Source: the human T2T-CHM13v2.0 reference genome, Homo sapiens
DNA length: 64,000 bases
Assembly (NCBI RefSeq): GCF_009914755.1
Contig: NC_060948.1
Strand: one strand, 5' to 3'
The translations under genes were made by a program, and so were the position numbers. The notes beneath the pieces are model-generated. The model made no database searches. It saw only the letters and a program-made list of their open reading frames with translations, and was not told the DNA's origin. Numbering within the stretch: position 1 is the first letter of the stretch; every line of letters begins with the position of its first letter. Below are positions 1 through 13,570 of this stretch, in pieces.

Positions 1-840
1 ATTTGTGTTTATGATTGTGTTGGGGATTGGCTTAGTAATCCAGGTACTGCTACTGCCTTGAAAGCGGAGACTGCATCCTTCTGTCTGGATTTCTTGAGTT
101 TCTGGATTGTAAACCTTATTAGGGCCCATTTTTCCTAGAATTGGAGCCTCTACTTTGTTCTTGCTACCTTAGTTCACCCAGAAAGCATGATCTCTGCCTG
201 AATTTCAAAGTGTTGGCTAGTTTAAATATACTTTTTTGAGACTTTTGTCTTCCTGCAGGGTGATTTTTTCATCTTGCATACCATTGCTAATCTTTTTATC
301 TTGAATGTAATTGAAATAGTTTTAATCTGTGTTACCAGCAACAAGAACCCCCTTTATGAGATGGAGAGGCCAGGTCAGTCTCATAACATGTGTCCCCATC
401 CGTGTGTTGAATTTATGTCAGAGCCAGGTTCTTTCCTATTTGATGTCTCTCACCAAATTCCAGTGTTTATGTCCTAGGAGGTGCCCAATAAATTCTAGAG
501 TTGATACAAGCTGTAATTTTAGAGAAATTAAATTAGCAAGTAGAATTAGATTATATACAATCTAATCAACTTTTCTTTTTCTTTCTGAGGATGACCAGGA
601 TTTGGGCTTCAGTGACAATAGCTGTCCCCTAAATATTTATACTCAGAATCTAGGATTACCAGTACAATGTTGAATAGAGGTGATGAACACACACATTCCT
701 TTCTTGTCCTAATCTATGTAGTTTAAACATTTACGCTTTCACCATTAAATGTAATATTGTTTATATGTTTTGTTGTGGATGCTTTCCATCACTTTGAGAA
801 AATTTCTTTTTCTAGCTTGCTGAGAGGTTTTTTTTTTTTA

Positions 841-1465
841 ATCAGCAATAGATATTTCTCCAAAGAAAATATCCAAATGACCAACAGATACATGAAAAAG
901 ATGCTCAGCATCACTAATCATCAGGGAAATGCAAATCAAAACCACAAAGAGATATTGCCTCAAACCTGTTAGAATGGTCTTATTAAAAGAAAAAGATAAC
1001 GAGTGATAACAATGGGGAGAAATTGGAACACTTGTACAGTGTTTCTGGAAAAGTGAAACTGTGCAGCCTCTATGGAAAACAGTACGGTGGTTCCTCAAAA
1101 AAATTAAGAAACTAGAACTACCATATGATCTAGCAATCCACTTCAGGTTATTTATCTGAAAGAATTGAGATTGGGATGATTCTCAGGCTCATTGCAGCAT
1201 TATTTACACTAATCAAAATGTGGAAATGAGGTTAATGTCTATTGGCAGATGAATAGATAAAGAAAATGTGGTATATTCATACAACGGAATATTATTCAGC
1301 TTTAAAACAAGAAAGCCCGCCAATATGCAACATGGATGAACCTAGAGGACATTAATGCTAAGTAAAGTAAATCAGTCACAGAAGGACAAACTGTATGATT
1401 CCATTTGTATAAAGTATCTAAGATAGCCAAATTCATTAGAATCACAGATTAGAATGGTGATAGCT
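841..1465 (+). mobile_element. L1MA/L1MB 3' fragment (end of ORF2 plus 3'UTR)
   Basis: 'atttctccaaagaaaatatccaaatgaccaacagatacatgaaaaagatgctcagcatcactaatcatcagggaaatgcaaatcaaaaccaca' and 'aacatggatgaacctagaggacatt' match the L1 3' consensus. Confidence 0.85.
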
Positions 1466-2780
1466 CTTTAAGTTGAAATCAATTTTGCATTCCTGGGTTT
1501 TGTAGTTTTGCTATCAGGATTCTGACTCATAAAACAAGTTTGGAATTTCCCCCTTCTTTATTTATGAAATAATTTAAAAATTTTATTTTTTTAAACGTTT
1601 GAAAGAATTCACCAGCAAAACTCTTTAGATCTGGAGTTTACTTATTTTTTATTTCTTTAGTTTTATGTTTTTATGTGCAGGTATTTGACAATTAATTTAA
1701 TTACTTTAAGAAATGTCAATTACTTCATATGTTCCATTTAATCTTGTGAATTTTTTGATAAGTTGTTTTCAAGGAATTCACCCTTCCATCCAAGTAATGA
1801 AAATTAGTAAAAATGTTTCACAATATTCCATTATCTTGTTAATGTCTCTTGTGTCTACAACTGTACAATCTCATTAATCCCTGATATTTATAATTTGTGT
1901 TTTCTTTCTTTCTCACAGAACAACTTTTGGCCATGATGATTTTCTCCTGTTTCTGTTTTCTGTCTCATTGATTTCTAATTTCTGTTTTATTTCTTTTCTT
2001 CTACTTGTTTTGGACTTAATTTGCTCTCTTGTTTTAGATTTTCTTTTTAAGGTAGTAAATTAGTTCACTGTTTTGAACTTCTCTTTTTTAGAATAAGCAT
2101 TTATACGAAAAATTTACTCTGGGTCTGCTTAACTTTATCCCATACATTTTGATATATTATATTTTTATTTGTATTCAGTTCAATGTATTTAAACGTGTTT
2201 CTTATGATTTCTTCCTTGAGCTAAAGGGCATTTTAAGATGTATTTAAATCTTCCAATAGTGTAGACTTTCCTGGGTAGCTTGTTTTTACCCATTTCAACT
2301 CATTTTCATTATGGTCAGAAAGCATACTTTCTATGATTACAGTGTTTTGAAACTTCTTGAGAGATATTTTGTAGTCTATAGCCTATTGATAAATGTTTCA
2401 TGTGTAGCGTAATAGAACATATATTCTATTGTCTTGGTCAATATCGATTAGGTCAAGCTGTTGTCAAAATTATTTTATCTTAATTTTCTTTAGTTATTCT
2501 GTCAGCAATACAGCATTATGTCTTCATAATTACTTGACATTTTATCATTATGAAATAGCTATCTGTTGTAATATTGCTTGTTTGGAGGTCTACTTTTTCT
2601 TATATTAATATAGCCACATAAGATTTCTTGTGCTTGTTGTTTCCTTGGTATACTTGGAAATTATTTTACTCTCAACTTATCTATACCATAATATTTGGCA
2701 TGCATCTCTTATAGGTACTTTTATTATCCAGTTGGACAATCTGTGTTTTATTTGGAGTATTTAAATTACATTTGAAATAA

Positions 2781-3118
<338 letters not shown>

Positions 3119-6100
3119 TATTTTGCTCTTATGTGCTATTTGTTCCATCATTTTTTGCTCCTCTGTTCTTTCTTTCATGCCTTTTTATATTAACTGAACA
3201 ATATTCAGGGTTCCATTTTAATTCCTTTATTGGCATTTTAGAAGAATATCTTCATATAATGTGGTGGTTCTCTAGGGATTATAATAAACATCCTGGGCTT
3301 ATTGCAGTCCACTTAGTGTTAATATTCAGCGTTTTCATGTAACATAAAGAAAAGTTGCGGCAAAATTGTTGCGTTTAGTCTCCTGTCAGAGCTATTAATT
3401 TAGAATATTTTACATACATTATCAATAGTACACTTAATTTTTTATTGAAACCATCAGTTGTTTGTTATAAAACTAAAAGAAAAAAGCCTTAGTTTTTCAT
3501 GTTTATGCACATGCCATTCCTAGAGCTTCTCCTTGCTTCCTGTAGGTCAGAATTTCCATCTGTTGTTATCCTTCTTTAGCCTAAAAAATTTCCGTTTGCA
3601 TTTCTTGTATCTAGGTCTGCTAATAACAATTGTTTGAAGCTTTCTTTTATCTGACTAAATCTTTCTTTTCTCAAGAATCACTGTTTCTAGTGATAGAATT
3701 TGGAGTTGACAGTTTTCTTTTATTTTGAAGATATAGTTTCATTGCTTTTTAAAGTGTCATTTCTGATGACAGGTCATCTGTCTATTTGTTTCAACGTATG
3801 TAAATTATTTTCTCTCTCCCTTTAGCTACTTTCAAGATTTACTCTTTTTTTGCCCAGTGGTTTAACTATGATATGTCTATATTTGATTCCCTTTATTTTT
3901 ATTCTGTTCTTTGAGTTTCTTAAACCTGTAAGTTGATATATGCTGACAATTAGGAAAACTTTTGGTCTTTACTTTTTCAAATAGCTTTTTCTGTCTCATT
4001 TTCTTCTCTACTCTTTCTAGGACTCCAATTATATTAGTGCTAGACTGGCCCTATTTTTATTATTTTTCTTCCTTTGTATTAACTGTATTGGGAAATTGTT
4101 CTTGATCTGTTTTTAAGTGCACTGATAGTTTTTTCTGCCATCTTTAATTTACTGGTATGTGCATACAATGACATTTTTATATAAGATATTCAGTCTCTCA
4201 GTTCTAAAATTTGTCCTATTATCTCTTTATCGTTTTTACTTCTCTGTTGAGATTCTCCAAATATTCCCTCTTATGACCATCTATTCCTTAAATCCTTGAA
4301 TATGCTTGTAATATCTTATTTTAAATTTCTTATCTTCTAATCCCAGCATGTGGGCCATTTCACTGTCTTAATCCATTGTTTACTTTTTTTGTTATGCATC
4401 ATATATTCCTGGTTTTATGTCTAGGCAGGTTAAATTATATGTTAGATTATGTGTATGATATTTTGTAGAGATAAGTTCTTCTATTTTCCTTTGAAGAGTG
4501 ACTCTTTTCTAACGTTAGTCTTTTTTCTGTAGTCAAACACCAAACTTTCACTCCTGAGCTATATGCAATGGTTGAAATCTCTGCTCTGTACTAGCAATTT
4601 AGCTGTTGTTTTCTGCTGGATTCTATGGAGTCTCTTTTTATCAATGTGAAATGTAGCAGCCATCATATATCTGAATGAAGTTTAAGTGCTGATTTTAGAT
4701 TTTTACTCTGTGACATTCTCCTCTGTGACTTTCAGTTGTGTAAGATTTCCTCCCGTGTCATTCAAATTTCCCAGTTCTTCTTTTCTGTCAGCCTGGAACT
4801 CTGTGCTCTTATTCCTCAAGCTAGTAAAACTCACCGCTTTACTCGTAGACATCTAATTTTGCACAGACTGGGAAGGGTCATCAGGTGTGAAGTTGCGTTG
4901 ATGCAAATTTAAATCATTGCAATTTTCTTTATTCAGTGGTCAGATACTTCATCAGTGGTTGAATATTCTACTATTTCTGCCTGTTTTCTGTTTCTCATTG
5001 TCATCAAATGTGTATTTAATTTTTTTTAGAGTTAATAGTTTTTTTCCCTGCATTTGAGTTAGACCTGAGCTACTACCATATTCTGTAATTCAAACTTTTT
5101 GTCTAACAATGTTTTAAAAAACTCTTTATTTGGAGGGAATTCTCAAATTTCTAAATACTCTACAAACATTAGGACCAGGGCTCACATTCCCAGTTTCCTT
5201 TGTAGACAGATGTACATATGGAAAATGACCTCAGCTAATGAAGCATACCCACATAGTTGAAACTCAGAAAAGTGTTAAGAGGAACTGTAGATATCATTTT
5301 AGTTGATGCAAGGATGGCAAAAAATAACCAACTTTCACTGGTGAACTTTGTCTTCAATCATTGTTTTCCCATGGGTAAGTGGCTAATTTTCTGGCCTAGA
5401 GGTGGAATTGGTGTGTTGGTAACAATTGATTTGATGATAACCTGCTTTTGTCTTTTTAAAAATTGCTAATCCACCATTGTTTCTTGTCCTGTTTTATACT
5501 TATGCCGTGTATAATCTCTCATGTAAAATTTAGTTCTTTGTTTCTCAGCTTAAACTAGATTTTGATGAGCAGTTTTCACCTTCAAATGAAAGAAATGGCT
5601 TTGGTTGATGTTAGACAAAAATAACAAGAGGGAATTAAAGAAATATGTTTGTCATCTTGTAATATTAAATAAATGAAACTGAAAATTCAACAATTCTGCT
5701 TCTAAAAAAATAGAAAGTTTCTACTGTTTTTCGTTATTTTTGAAGCTATATGATTAAATGAAATTTCTGCCTCATGGAAGGTTTTTAGAACTATGTAATA
5801 ATACCATACAGACCATTGGGAGAGAAATGAATAAAGACTGAAAGAAGTAAGCACTGTGTGGTAACGTAGATGGCACATAGTTTGTGCGTGGAGACCTAAT
5901 ACCTTTTACCACGGAATTTATACAATAAATGTTAGTTTCCTGTGAACCTGCTAATTAATATGACTTTCTCAGACATTTCCTTAACCTAAACAGTTTAGGT
6001 TTCCTGTAGATAGACTGCATGTATTCTCATCTTTAACCTTTCCATAATCTTCCCTAATTACAGATGTCATTGGTTCTTAATAGCAAAAGAACAGCAGTAG

Positions 6101-7012
6101 CTTATAAAGTTATATTATTTGTTTTTTACTAATATGTGAAGTGATTTTGTCTTTCATTTCACCTCTAAAGCTAATTATGTCTTCTAAGTTAACAAAAATT
6201 CCAGATCATACCATCATTAGTTTAAACTTTACAATGAATTCATTCTTTCCATTTATTACTAGCCTGCATTATAACAATATTTAGCTAATGAATTCTCAAA
6301 ATATTTCTTGAAAGGTGAAAGAGTACCTCAAGTAAGTGGTGTAATTAATTTATTTATCAGAATTTTAAATTAAGTGTTCTGTTTAATCTCAAAGAGGTAC
6401 CAATGAAGTTAGGGCATAAGGAGTCCGTGGTTAATAAAATGGCAAGAATTAAAAAAGATTATTACATTTTTTCCTCATACTATGATGGCTATAATTTTTT
6501 AAAACAGTAGAAATGTTTAATTTTTAAAGGCTACTAGTGTCTATTTAATTCAAAGATGTGAGGTCTTCAGTTCAATTTGTTGTTTGAAATTTGAATAGCT
6601 GTTTCTTGCTGTTGTTCAATACAGGTATTAAACAGTCCAGGCAGGCCTCTGGAGTTACATATATGTATGTGGCTATGTGTGTATATATACATAGAAGTAT
6701 AAATAGCATACAATTAATTTACCTAAGACTTTTGCTTTTGATGAAAATTCTTCTAAAAGTGAATGTAAATTAATAGCATATGGAGCCTACAAAAATTGTC
6801 TAATAGGGAAGTAGGAAAATATAATTTGTGAAGAAATAGTTCACTAAAACAGACTTTTTATTTTTACATGTAATAACTTTATATTGAAGGGTTTCCAGAA
6901 ATATAAAATGTTATAGGGCACTTATACTGAGACACACGAAGGAGACAAGGGATAGAGCTAGGATGGAAATGAAAAGAAAGGACAAATAGAGATAGATACT
7001 TAAGTTGAAATG

Positions 7013-7257
7013 AAACACTGCATGTTCTCACTCATAGGTGATAATTGAACAGTGAGAACACGTGGACACAGGAAGGGGAACATCACACACCAGGGCCTGT
7101 TGTGGGGTGGGGGAGGGGGTAGGGATAGCATTAAGACATATACCTAATGCTAAATGACGAGTTAATGGGTGCAGCACACCAACATGGCACATGTATACAT
7201 ATGTAACTAAACTGCACGTTGTGCACATATGCCCTAAAACTTAAAGTACAAAAAAAA
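7013..7257 (+). mobile_element. 5'-truncated L1PA (PA3-PA4-like) 3' end
   Basis: 'catgttctcactcataggtg...ggacacaggaaggggaacatcacac...atacctaatgctaaatgacgagttaatgggtgcagcacacc...aaaacttaaagta' followed by poly-A. Confidence 0.92.
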
Positions 7258-9172
7258 GTCATCAAACAGGTGGTAATTTTAAAACATGTCTTTTCCAGGC
7301 AGCAAATTTTCTGAATGTATCGCAAAAGAAGATAAATTGTGTGTCTATGTAGATCATGTCAATGAAATAAACAATAAAGGTTACTTATTGGAATATTGAA
7401 AGTGGTTGATAATAAATTAATTACTTATATTTATGGTAAAAGCAATAAACTTGATTTTTAGGGGGTTCAATGACTTCCTGAAAATATCCTCTCACAGATT
7501 TTCTCAGAGTGTCTAGTTGGCAAAAGCACAGCTCCAAATAGCTATTTCTGTCAATGTCTACAGAATATTTACAGTTCGGTTTCCAAAAGTTTCCATTTAT
7601 ACTGACCTTACAAATTTGTAAAATGAATGCCCAACAGGAAAAAATATTAAATGATAAAATTAATTGGATCCTACAAGTGAAAATCTAGGCAAGGAAAATC
7701 TTCCTTCTTAATGAATGATTTTTACGTCTCTTCATTCTTGTCCTTCTAGGTAGAGCAACACTCTGGAGACCTTCTTTTGAGGCATTTCACCACCAGAGTA
7801 AGTGTGATGTATGAATAATTAGTCCACCCACAGGCAGCTGGTGAAATTGAATTGGAAGTTATTTCTTAACTGGCATATCTTGGAGTAAAATTCATCTAAT
7901 AACAGTTTTCATAAGAGAGCATAAGCTTAAAAGACAACATTTTTCATTCAACTTTACCAAACAAAGTGCAAATTTAGGTGTCCAGTTGTGAAGTTTGGTT
8001 GTGTATGGATTGTACAGTGAAGGTACCAGTGGACAACAGTTGCTCATCAAGCAAGTTTATACAAAATCTTTTGGACAAGTCCAACTCTAGATAAAATTCT
8101 AAAGTATTTCGTGCTTGTGTTCAGAGTTTCTTTTTCTCTCTCCAAGGTAACACACATATCAAAAGACATGGATTGTGGGTAGAACTTCCTAAAATTGCTG
8201 GTGAGAAGTGTGCCATGCATAAACATACTTCACTAGCTTGAATTTTCTGTTAGTCTCACAGGAAACAATTACAATCCTGTATGTTTTTCTATCTCCACAC
8301 ACTCCTGAACATAGAAAGACCAAGTAACATCCCTGGTTAAGATGTGTACAGGTTACAAGACATGTCTAAATATATTCACCAAGAGGTTTATTATTTTCAC
8401 AGTGGCATTCACTAAATCAGTTGTCAGTATAGCATTACTCAAGGAATAAGCAGGGTCTTTAATTTATCAAAGTTTGGAGTCCACCCCAAGTTGGATCACT
8501 GAAGCACATAACTATAGATAAGGTCACTCAAAAGCACAAATCCAGGTAATAAATATTCAGTAGTAGTTTATATGCATTTAGCAATTTGAATGCTGGGAAA
8601 TGTAGCCCAGAAAATCAATCGACCTTCAACTATTAAAGAGGCATTCATGGCACCTGCACTTTGAATCTTTTCAGACGAAGGTTAAACAGGAGACACGGTA
8701 GCTCACGTATACTGCAAAACCCCTTCCTCTTTCCCTTTTTATCTATGAACCTGCCCTTTTCAATGTTATCTAGATGCCTGAAGGTATGAATACCCTTGAT
8801 CTTAGTAAAAAATGGTACCACCCATCAGCAAAATCTCACTGATCAGTGTCTATGTTACCTCACTGAGTTAGCCTTTTGTGTTGTTGTGGCCCAGGATGAC
8901 AATGTTGACAGAATCCAAACCAGTAGTTGGAAAGTTAATGTTAGATGCGTCTTTGACAATTGATGGAATGACCTGAAATCAAATGTGAGGCAGTGGAGAC
9001 ACAAGAATGCTATTCAGGCAGTGAGTGATCTGTGGAGATACTAAATGAAATATCTGGAAGGAATTGTAATCTTGAAACTATGCTTTTATGTGTTTTTTGA
9101 TGTAAACAGTTTCTATTTATGGTGGAGCTGCAGTGTCCATTTCCCATGATGTTCCCATAGTGTTAACTAATA

Positions 9173-9547
9173 CAGTCATGTGTCACTTAATGACAGGGGT
9201 GTGTCTGAGCAATGCATTGCTGGACAATTTTATTATTGTATGAACATCACAGAGTTTACTTACACAAACCTAGATGCTATAGCTGATTATATGCCTAGGT
9301 TAGGTGGTATAGCCTATTCCTCCTAGGCTACAAACCTGTGCAGCATGTTACTGTACTGAATACTGTAGGCAATTGTAACACAACAGTTAAGTATATCTAT
9401 AGTTACTAATATCTATACAGTAAGTGTATCTATACATGTCTAAACATACAAGAGGTACAGTAAAAGTACAGTGTTATGATTTTATTGCACCACTCTCATA
9501 CATGTGCACTATCCTTGACCAAAATGTTGTTATGTGATGCATGATTG
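9173..9547 (+). mobile_element. Tigger3a-like TcMar DNA transposon (MITE)
   Basis: TIRs 'cagtcatgtgtcacttaatgac' and 'gttgttatgtgatgcatgattg' with TA on both sides; internal 'acacaaacctagatg' and 'ctaggctacaaacctgt' motifs. Confidence 0.8.
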
Positions 9548-10044
9548 TAACAAAAGAATTAATTAAATATAATATTGAAGTGCCTATTGAGATTTCAATG
9601 AAGAAAGGAATATTTGTAAATTCTGATTACCTTAAGTGAGAATTGACTTTCTTCCTGTTTCCATGGCTGTTCTTGTGAAAGAGCATAGCTTTCCAAAGAC
9701 CTGAAATCTCTAACAAATCTTGCAATTCTCTATTGCCTGCATTATGAAGGTCACCTGGTGTCAAATGAGGCAAAATGGTAGATTATAAAGACCTGTACTT
9801 TATTGTCAGTTCCTAAACATAGCAAGCATTGGTCTACCTTGAACATTTCTGCCATTATAAATGAGCCTTGGGTCATGATTTTCTGCCCTTTTATCATAGA
9901 CAAGATTTAATTTAGGAGATGTCCTTTTAATGTGTAATGTGAATAGTAAGTGCCACTTATGAAGCCTATTTTCTTCCAGCCATTTTAATTGTCAAATCTG
10001 TCCAGTCAAGATGCATTGTTAGAGGCTTCACTGACAACACCGTC

Positions 10045-10086
10045 TGTGTGTGTGGGTGTGTGGGTGTGTGTGTATACATACATATG
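10045..10086. repeat. (TG)n microsatellite
   Basis: tgtgtgtgtgggtgtgtgggtgtgtgtgtatacatacatat. Confidence 0.8.
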
Positions 10087-10482
10087 ATTGACCAGGATTT
10101 ATTGTAAGTCAAAACAGTCTCAAATTTCTTAGGAAAATACAGCTTCCTTAGCCATTCCCTTGGAGCTCTGAGTTGAGGAGCTGGTGATGTGTATTTCTTT
10201 TACATGTTCTCCACATTATCCCCATGCAGGCCTTCCATGGGCTTGGTTTTGGAACCAGTGATAAGGAAGATCATTAGAACTGTTGTTCTCAAAAAGCTTC
10301 CTCCATTCTTCTGTATAAGCAATTGCAATTTTCCCAGACCATTATTTCTTCTTTTGAAATGGAAAATTTTGAATAATAACTGGTTAGTATAATCCCATAA
10401 AATAACAAAGTTTGAGCCCTATGATCTGTGTTTTAGGCTAAAGTTGTGTTTTATGCTAAATCATCATTTACTCCTTGTATGA

Positions 10483-10658
10483 TTTTTTTTTTTTTTTTTT
10501 TGAGACAGAGTCTCACACTGTCACTCAGGCTGGAGTGCAGTGGCACAATTTTGGCTTACGGCAAGCTCCACCTCCCAGGTGCACACCATCCTTCTGCTTC
10601 AGCCTCCTGAGTAGCTGGGACTACAGGTGCCCACCACCACACCTGGCTAATTGTTTTT
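10483..10658 (-). mobile_element. 5'-truncated Alu (right arm only, AluY/Sc-like)
   Basis: Poly-T, then 'gagacagagtctcacactgtcactcaggctggagtgcagtggc...gcaagctccacctcccagg...gggactacaggtgcccaccaccacacctggctaatt'; stops at the A-rich linker. Confidence 0.88.
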
Positions 10659-12292
10659 TAAGATTAAGGGCGAAATAAGAGCTGCTCCCCTATATTACAA
10701 TCATAAATCAGAATTATTAAAGCATGCTATTTATTTATTAGAAACACATACTCCAAATTTAGCATCTAAGACATGACAGCCTTTCAAGAGACATCAATTT
10801 ACTTTTTAGGGTCTATAGCTATATTTGTATTCATGTTATTGGTGTCCATAGTGTTTCATTAGATGTTCTGGGTAAATTAATAAATGACAATAATGTATGT
10901 GATAAGGGGAACAACCTAGGCCTCCTGGAGGGCCCCTTACAACTCAGCTGGTGTTAGCAGAAATGCCTGGGTGTAACAGTGAGAAACAACCTTTCAAAAG
11001 TGTTGAGCAATTTTTCAGGCAGAGGAATATGTATACCAATCCAGGCAGCAAGATAAGTGGAGGTCAGTTAAAAGATCAGGGTGTGATTACATTTTTTTTT
11101 TAGGTTTCTACTGAGAGGAAATATAACACTCAGTTATTATTTTCTCCGCATATCTCTGGTTATTTTGTCACAACCTTTTATGTAAGCTACTACCAAACAC
11201 TGGGTTATCCAAGATCTATGGGTCGTATTCAATATTTGCTTTTCCCTCAACTACTAACACATTTGATTCTCTTTGTAACTGTCTCTCCTATTTCTCCTTT
11301 TAACCTGTTTTCTCCAACCACACTGAGTTAATAAGCCTCCTATATACTCTCATAACCTGTTTTATCTAAAGAGATTTCCTTTTTCTACTATTATACCCAT
11401 CTCATTCCCTAATTTATTTATTCTTATTTCTCTCTCTATTTTTTATTCTTTTAGGCACAGCTCATGTCTCATGACTTTCAAAAAGTTTTTCTTCTGATAT
11501 TCCCAGCTCGAATTAGGTACATCCCAATCAGTTTCCTTAGACTTACAACTCTGCAAATTATTGGCTTGCAATCTGTCTTAGGCTGGGAATTAGCTCCTTG
11601 TAGGCAGGGGCTAGAATTTATTTACACTTATGTCCATAATGCCTGACACAGGAACTATTCTCACATACAAATTGTAGGGCCATAATTCCTGAGAACATAT
11701 GTATATTGTAGTGACTCATAAAGGCTTGAAATAAATTTTTAAAATGATTAATTGGGAAGTCCATGAACTTGACATCTTGATGTAGAAGAAAAGCAAGGGC
11801 AGATGAAGAAGTTATACATGATACTTGAAATACCAGAAGAATATAATCAGAGAGCAATAAATTAATCCTAGATTTTTAGATGTGAAGAAGTTCTGAGAAA
11901 TATTTGAAGACATGGCTCTAGGGATGAGTACATAACACAGACCAGTAGCTAGAGTTAGAGCTTTTCAGAGTGAAGAAATTGCATTGCAGGGGGAAGGACT
12001 GTTGTATACTAAATAGAAATTGTCATTAAATGGAGACTAAGCAAGAGGCTGATGATCTGTGGATGACAGATGCATAAAGGTGTGGAGATAGAGGTAAATG
12101 CCATAATGTACAAAGAAGATATTTTTGTGCCAGAAAGAAATAATAGATCTAGAATGTAATAAAAGATAAATAGTTAACTACATTGTAATGTGGTCTGAGA
12201 ACTCACTGAAGGCATAGCCATTGATATTAACTTCCACTTCGCTTCCAGACAAAAGATTTTAAATATCTTAAAAATTCCATTTGATATTGTAT

Positions 12293-12519
12293 GATTCATC
12301 AAGACAGAAAGTAAAGCTGTAGTTGCCCTGGGAGGGTGGGGAATGGGGAGTCACTTTTTAACGGGTACAGGATTTCAATTTTACAAGGCAAAAATAATTA
12401 TGGAGATGGGTGGTGGTGATGCTTGCACAACATTGTGAATACATTTAATGACACTGAATTTTATACTTAACAGTGGTTAAGATGCAAATTGTTGAGTGTG
12501 TTTTGCCACAGTTAAAAAA
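12293..12519 (+). mobile_element. L1MB 3' terminus
   Basis: 'gacagaaagta...ggggaatggggagt...tggagatgggtggtggtgatgcttgcacaacattgtgaat...ggttaagatg...ttttgccacagttaaaaaa'. Confidence 0.8.
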
Positions 12520-13134
12520 CGGAAAACAATAGTATTTGAAGATATAGCCCATTTCATCTGGTAGCTAGCTGTATGTGTCTGCTCAGCCGTGGATAGGTAT
12601 TTATGCTGTTTCTGAACTGGAGGTTACTGGTATTCTCTAAGGTATAGGAAAATTGATCTTATGTGGCTAACTGAGGTGGATATAGTTGTGTCATTCAGAC
12701 AGTAATGATATAATCATGATAGATTACATTTAACACAACTTACATGTGTTATACTTTAGAAAACACTTCATAGATATTATTACTTCATACCACTTTCCCC
12801 TTACCATATTTGTCTCTCCTTTCTCTGCTGACTTCAGAAAATGTCTCTTCCACACTATTCAATTCATCTCCTTAGTTTGTCAAAATTTTACGTCTCAGAG
12901 TCTCCAAAAAAAAATTCCAGACAAGTCTCATCAGCTTTTGGTTATTGATTAATCAATATCCTTAGAGGCTTCCCCTTCTCAATTCAACATAGCTTCCAAA
13001 TACACTTGCCAGTAAAACAAAGTTGTTTATATGGTTTTGTATTTCTTCCTGCTGAATTATGAACATTTTTTCATATTGACATTGATTTCCATCTGGCCAT
13101 GAAATACTCAAGGTGAAGAAAATGAAACAAAATT

Positions 13135-13367
13135 GTTAATATTTATCAAGAGCCAGGTACTGTTTTCAGTGTCCTAGAAGCATAAACTAGTGTAATGCTC
13201 ACCAGCTCATATGAGAGGCAAAAATGGATGAAATTATAAAACCAAGACACAGAGAGTTAAGGGAAATTTCCCAAGATCACACAGCCACTGAGGATATGAA
13301 CTAGATTTTGACTTCAGGCTATTTACCCCAGAACCTGTGCTTTCAACCATCATTTGTACTGCTTCCC
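13135..13367 (-). mobile_element. MIR SINE
   Basis: 'aaaaccaagacacagagagttaagggaaatttcccaagatcacacagc...gattttgacttcagg...ccccagaacctgtgctttcaacca' (antisense MIR core). Confidence 0.7.
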
Positions 13368-13411
13368 TAAATTACACTTGACTACACTGTGACATCAAAT
13401 TTCACCTATGA

Positions 13412-13570
13412 CACTGACTATCTGGGGAACTTTGCAACTTATTCTGAATATGACTCAGTTTTCTTTTCTGTACAGAGATAAAGTCAGTATATACTCTATA
13501 GATTCTTTATAAGGATTATATGAAATGACACATGAGAAGGCTTTAAAAGGACTTGGAAAGCAATAAGCTT
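13412..13570 (+). mobile_element. MIR SINE
   Basis: 'tctgaatatgactcagttttcttttctgtac...tatagattctttataaggattatatgaaatgacacatg' (sense MIR core). Confidence 0.55.

Noticed and set aside
11455-11516. Possible exon after a strong pyrimidine tract
   Set aside because: The donor is weak (GTACAT) and the region looks like an L2 remnant.
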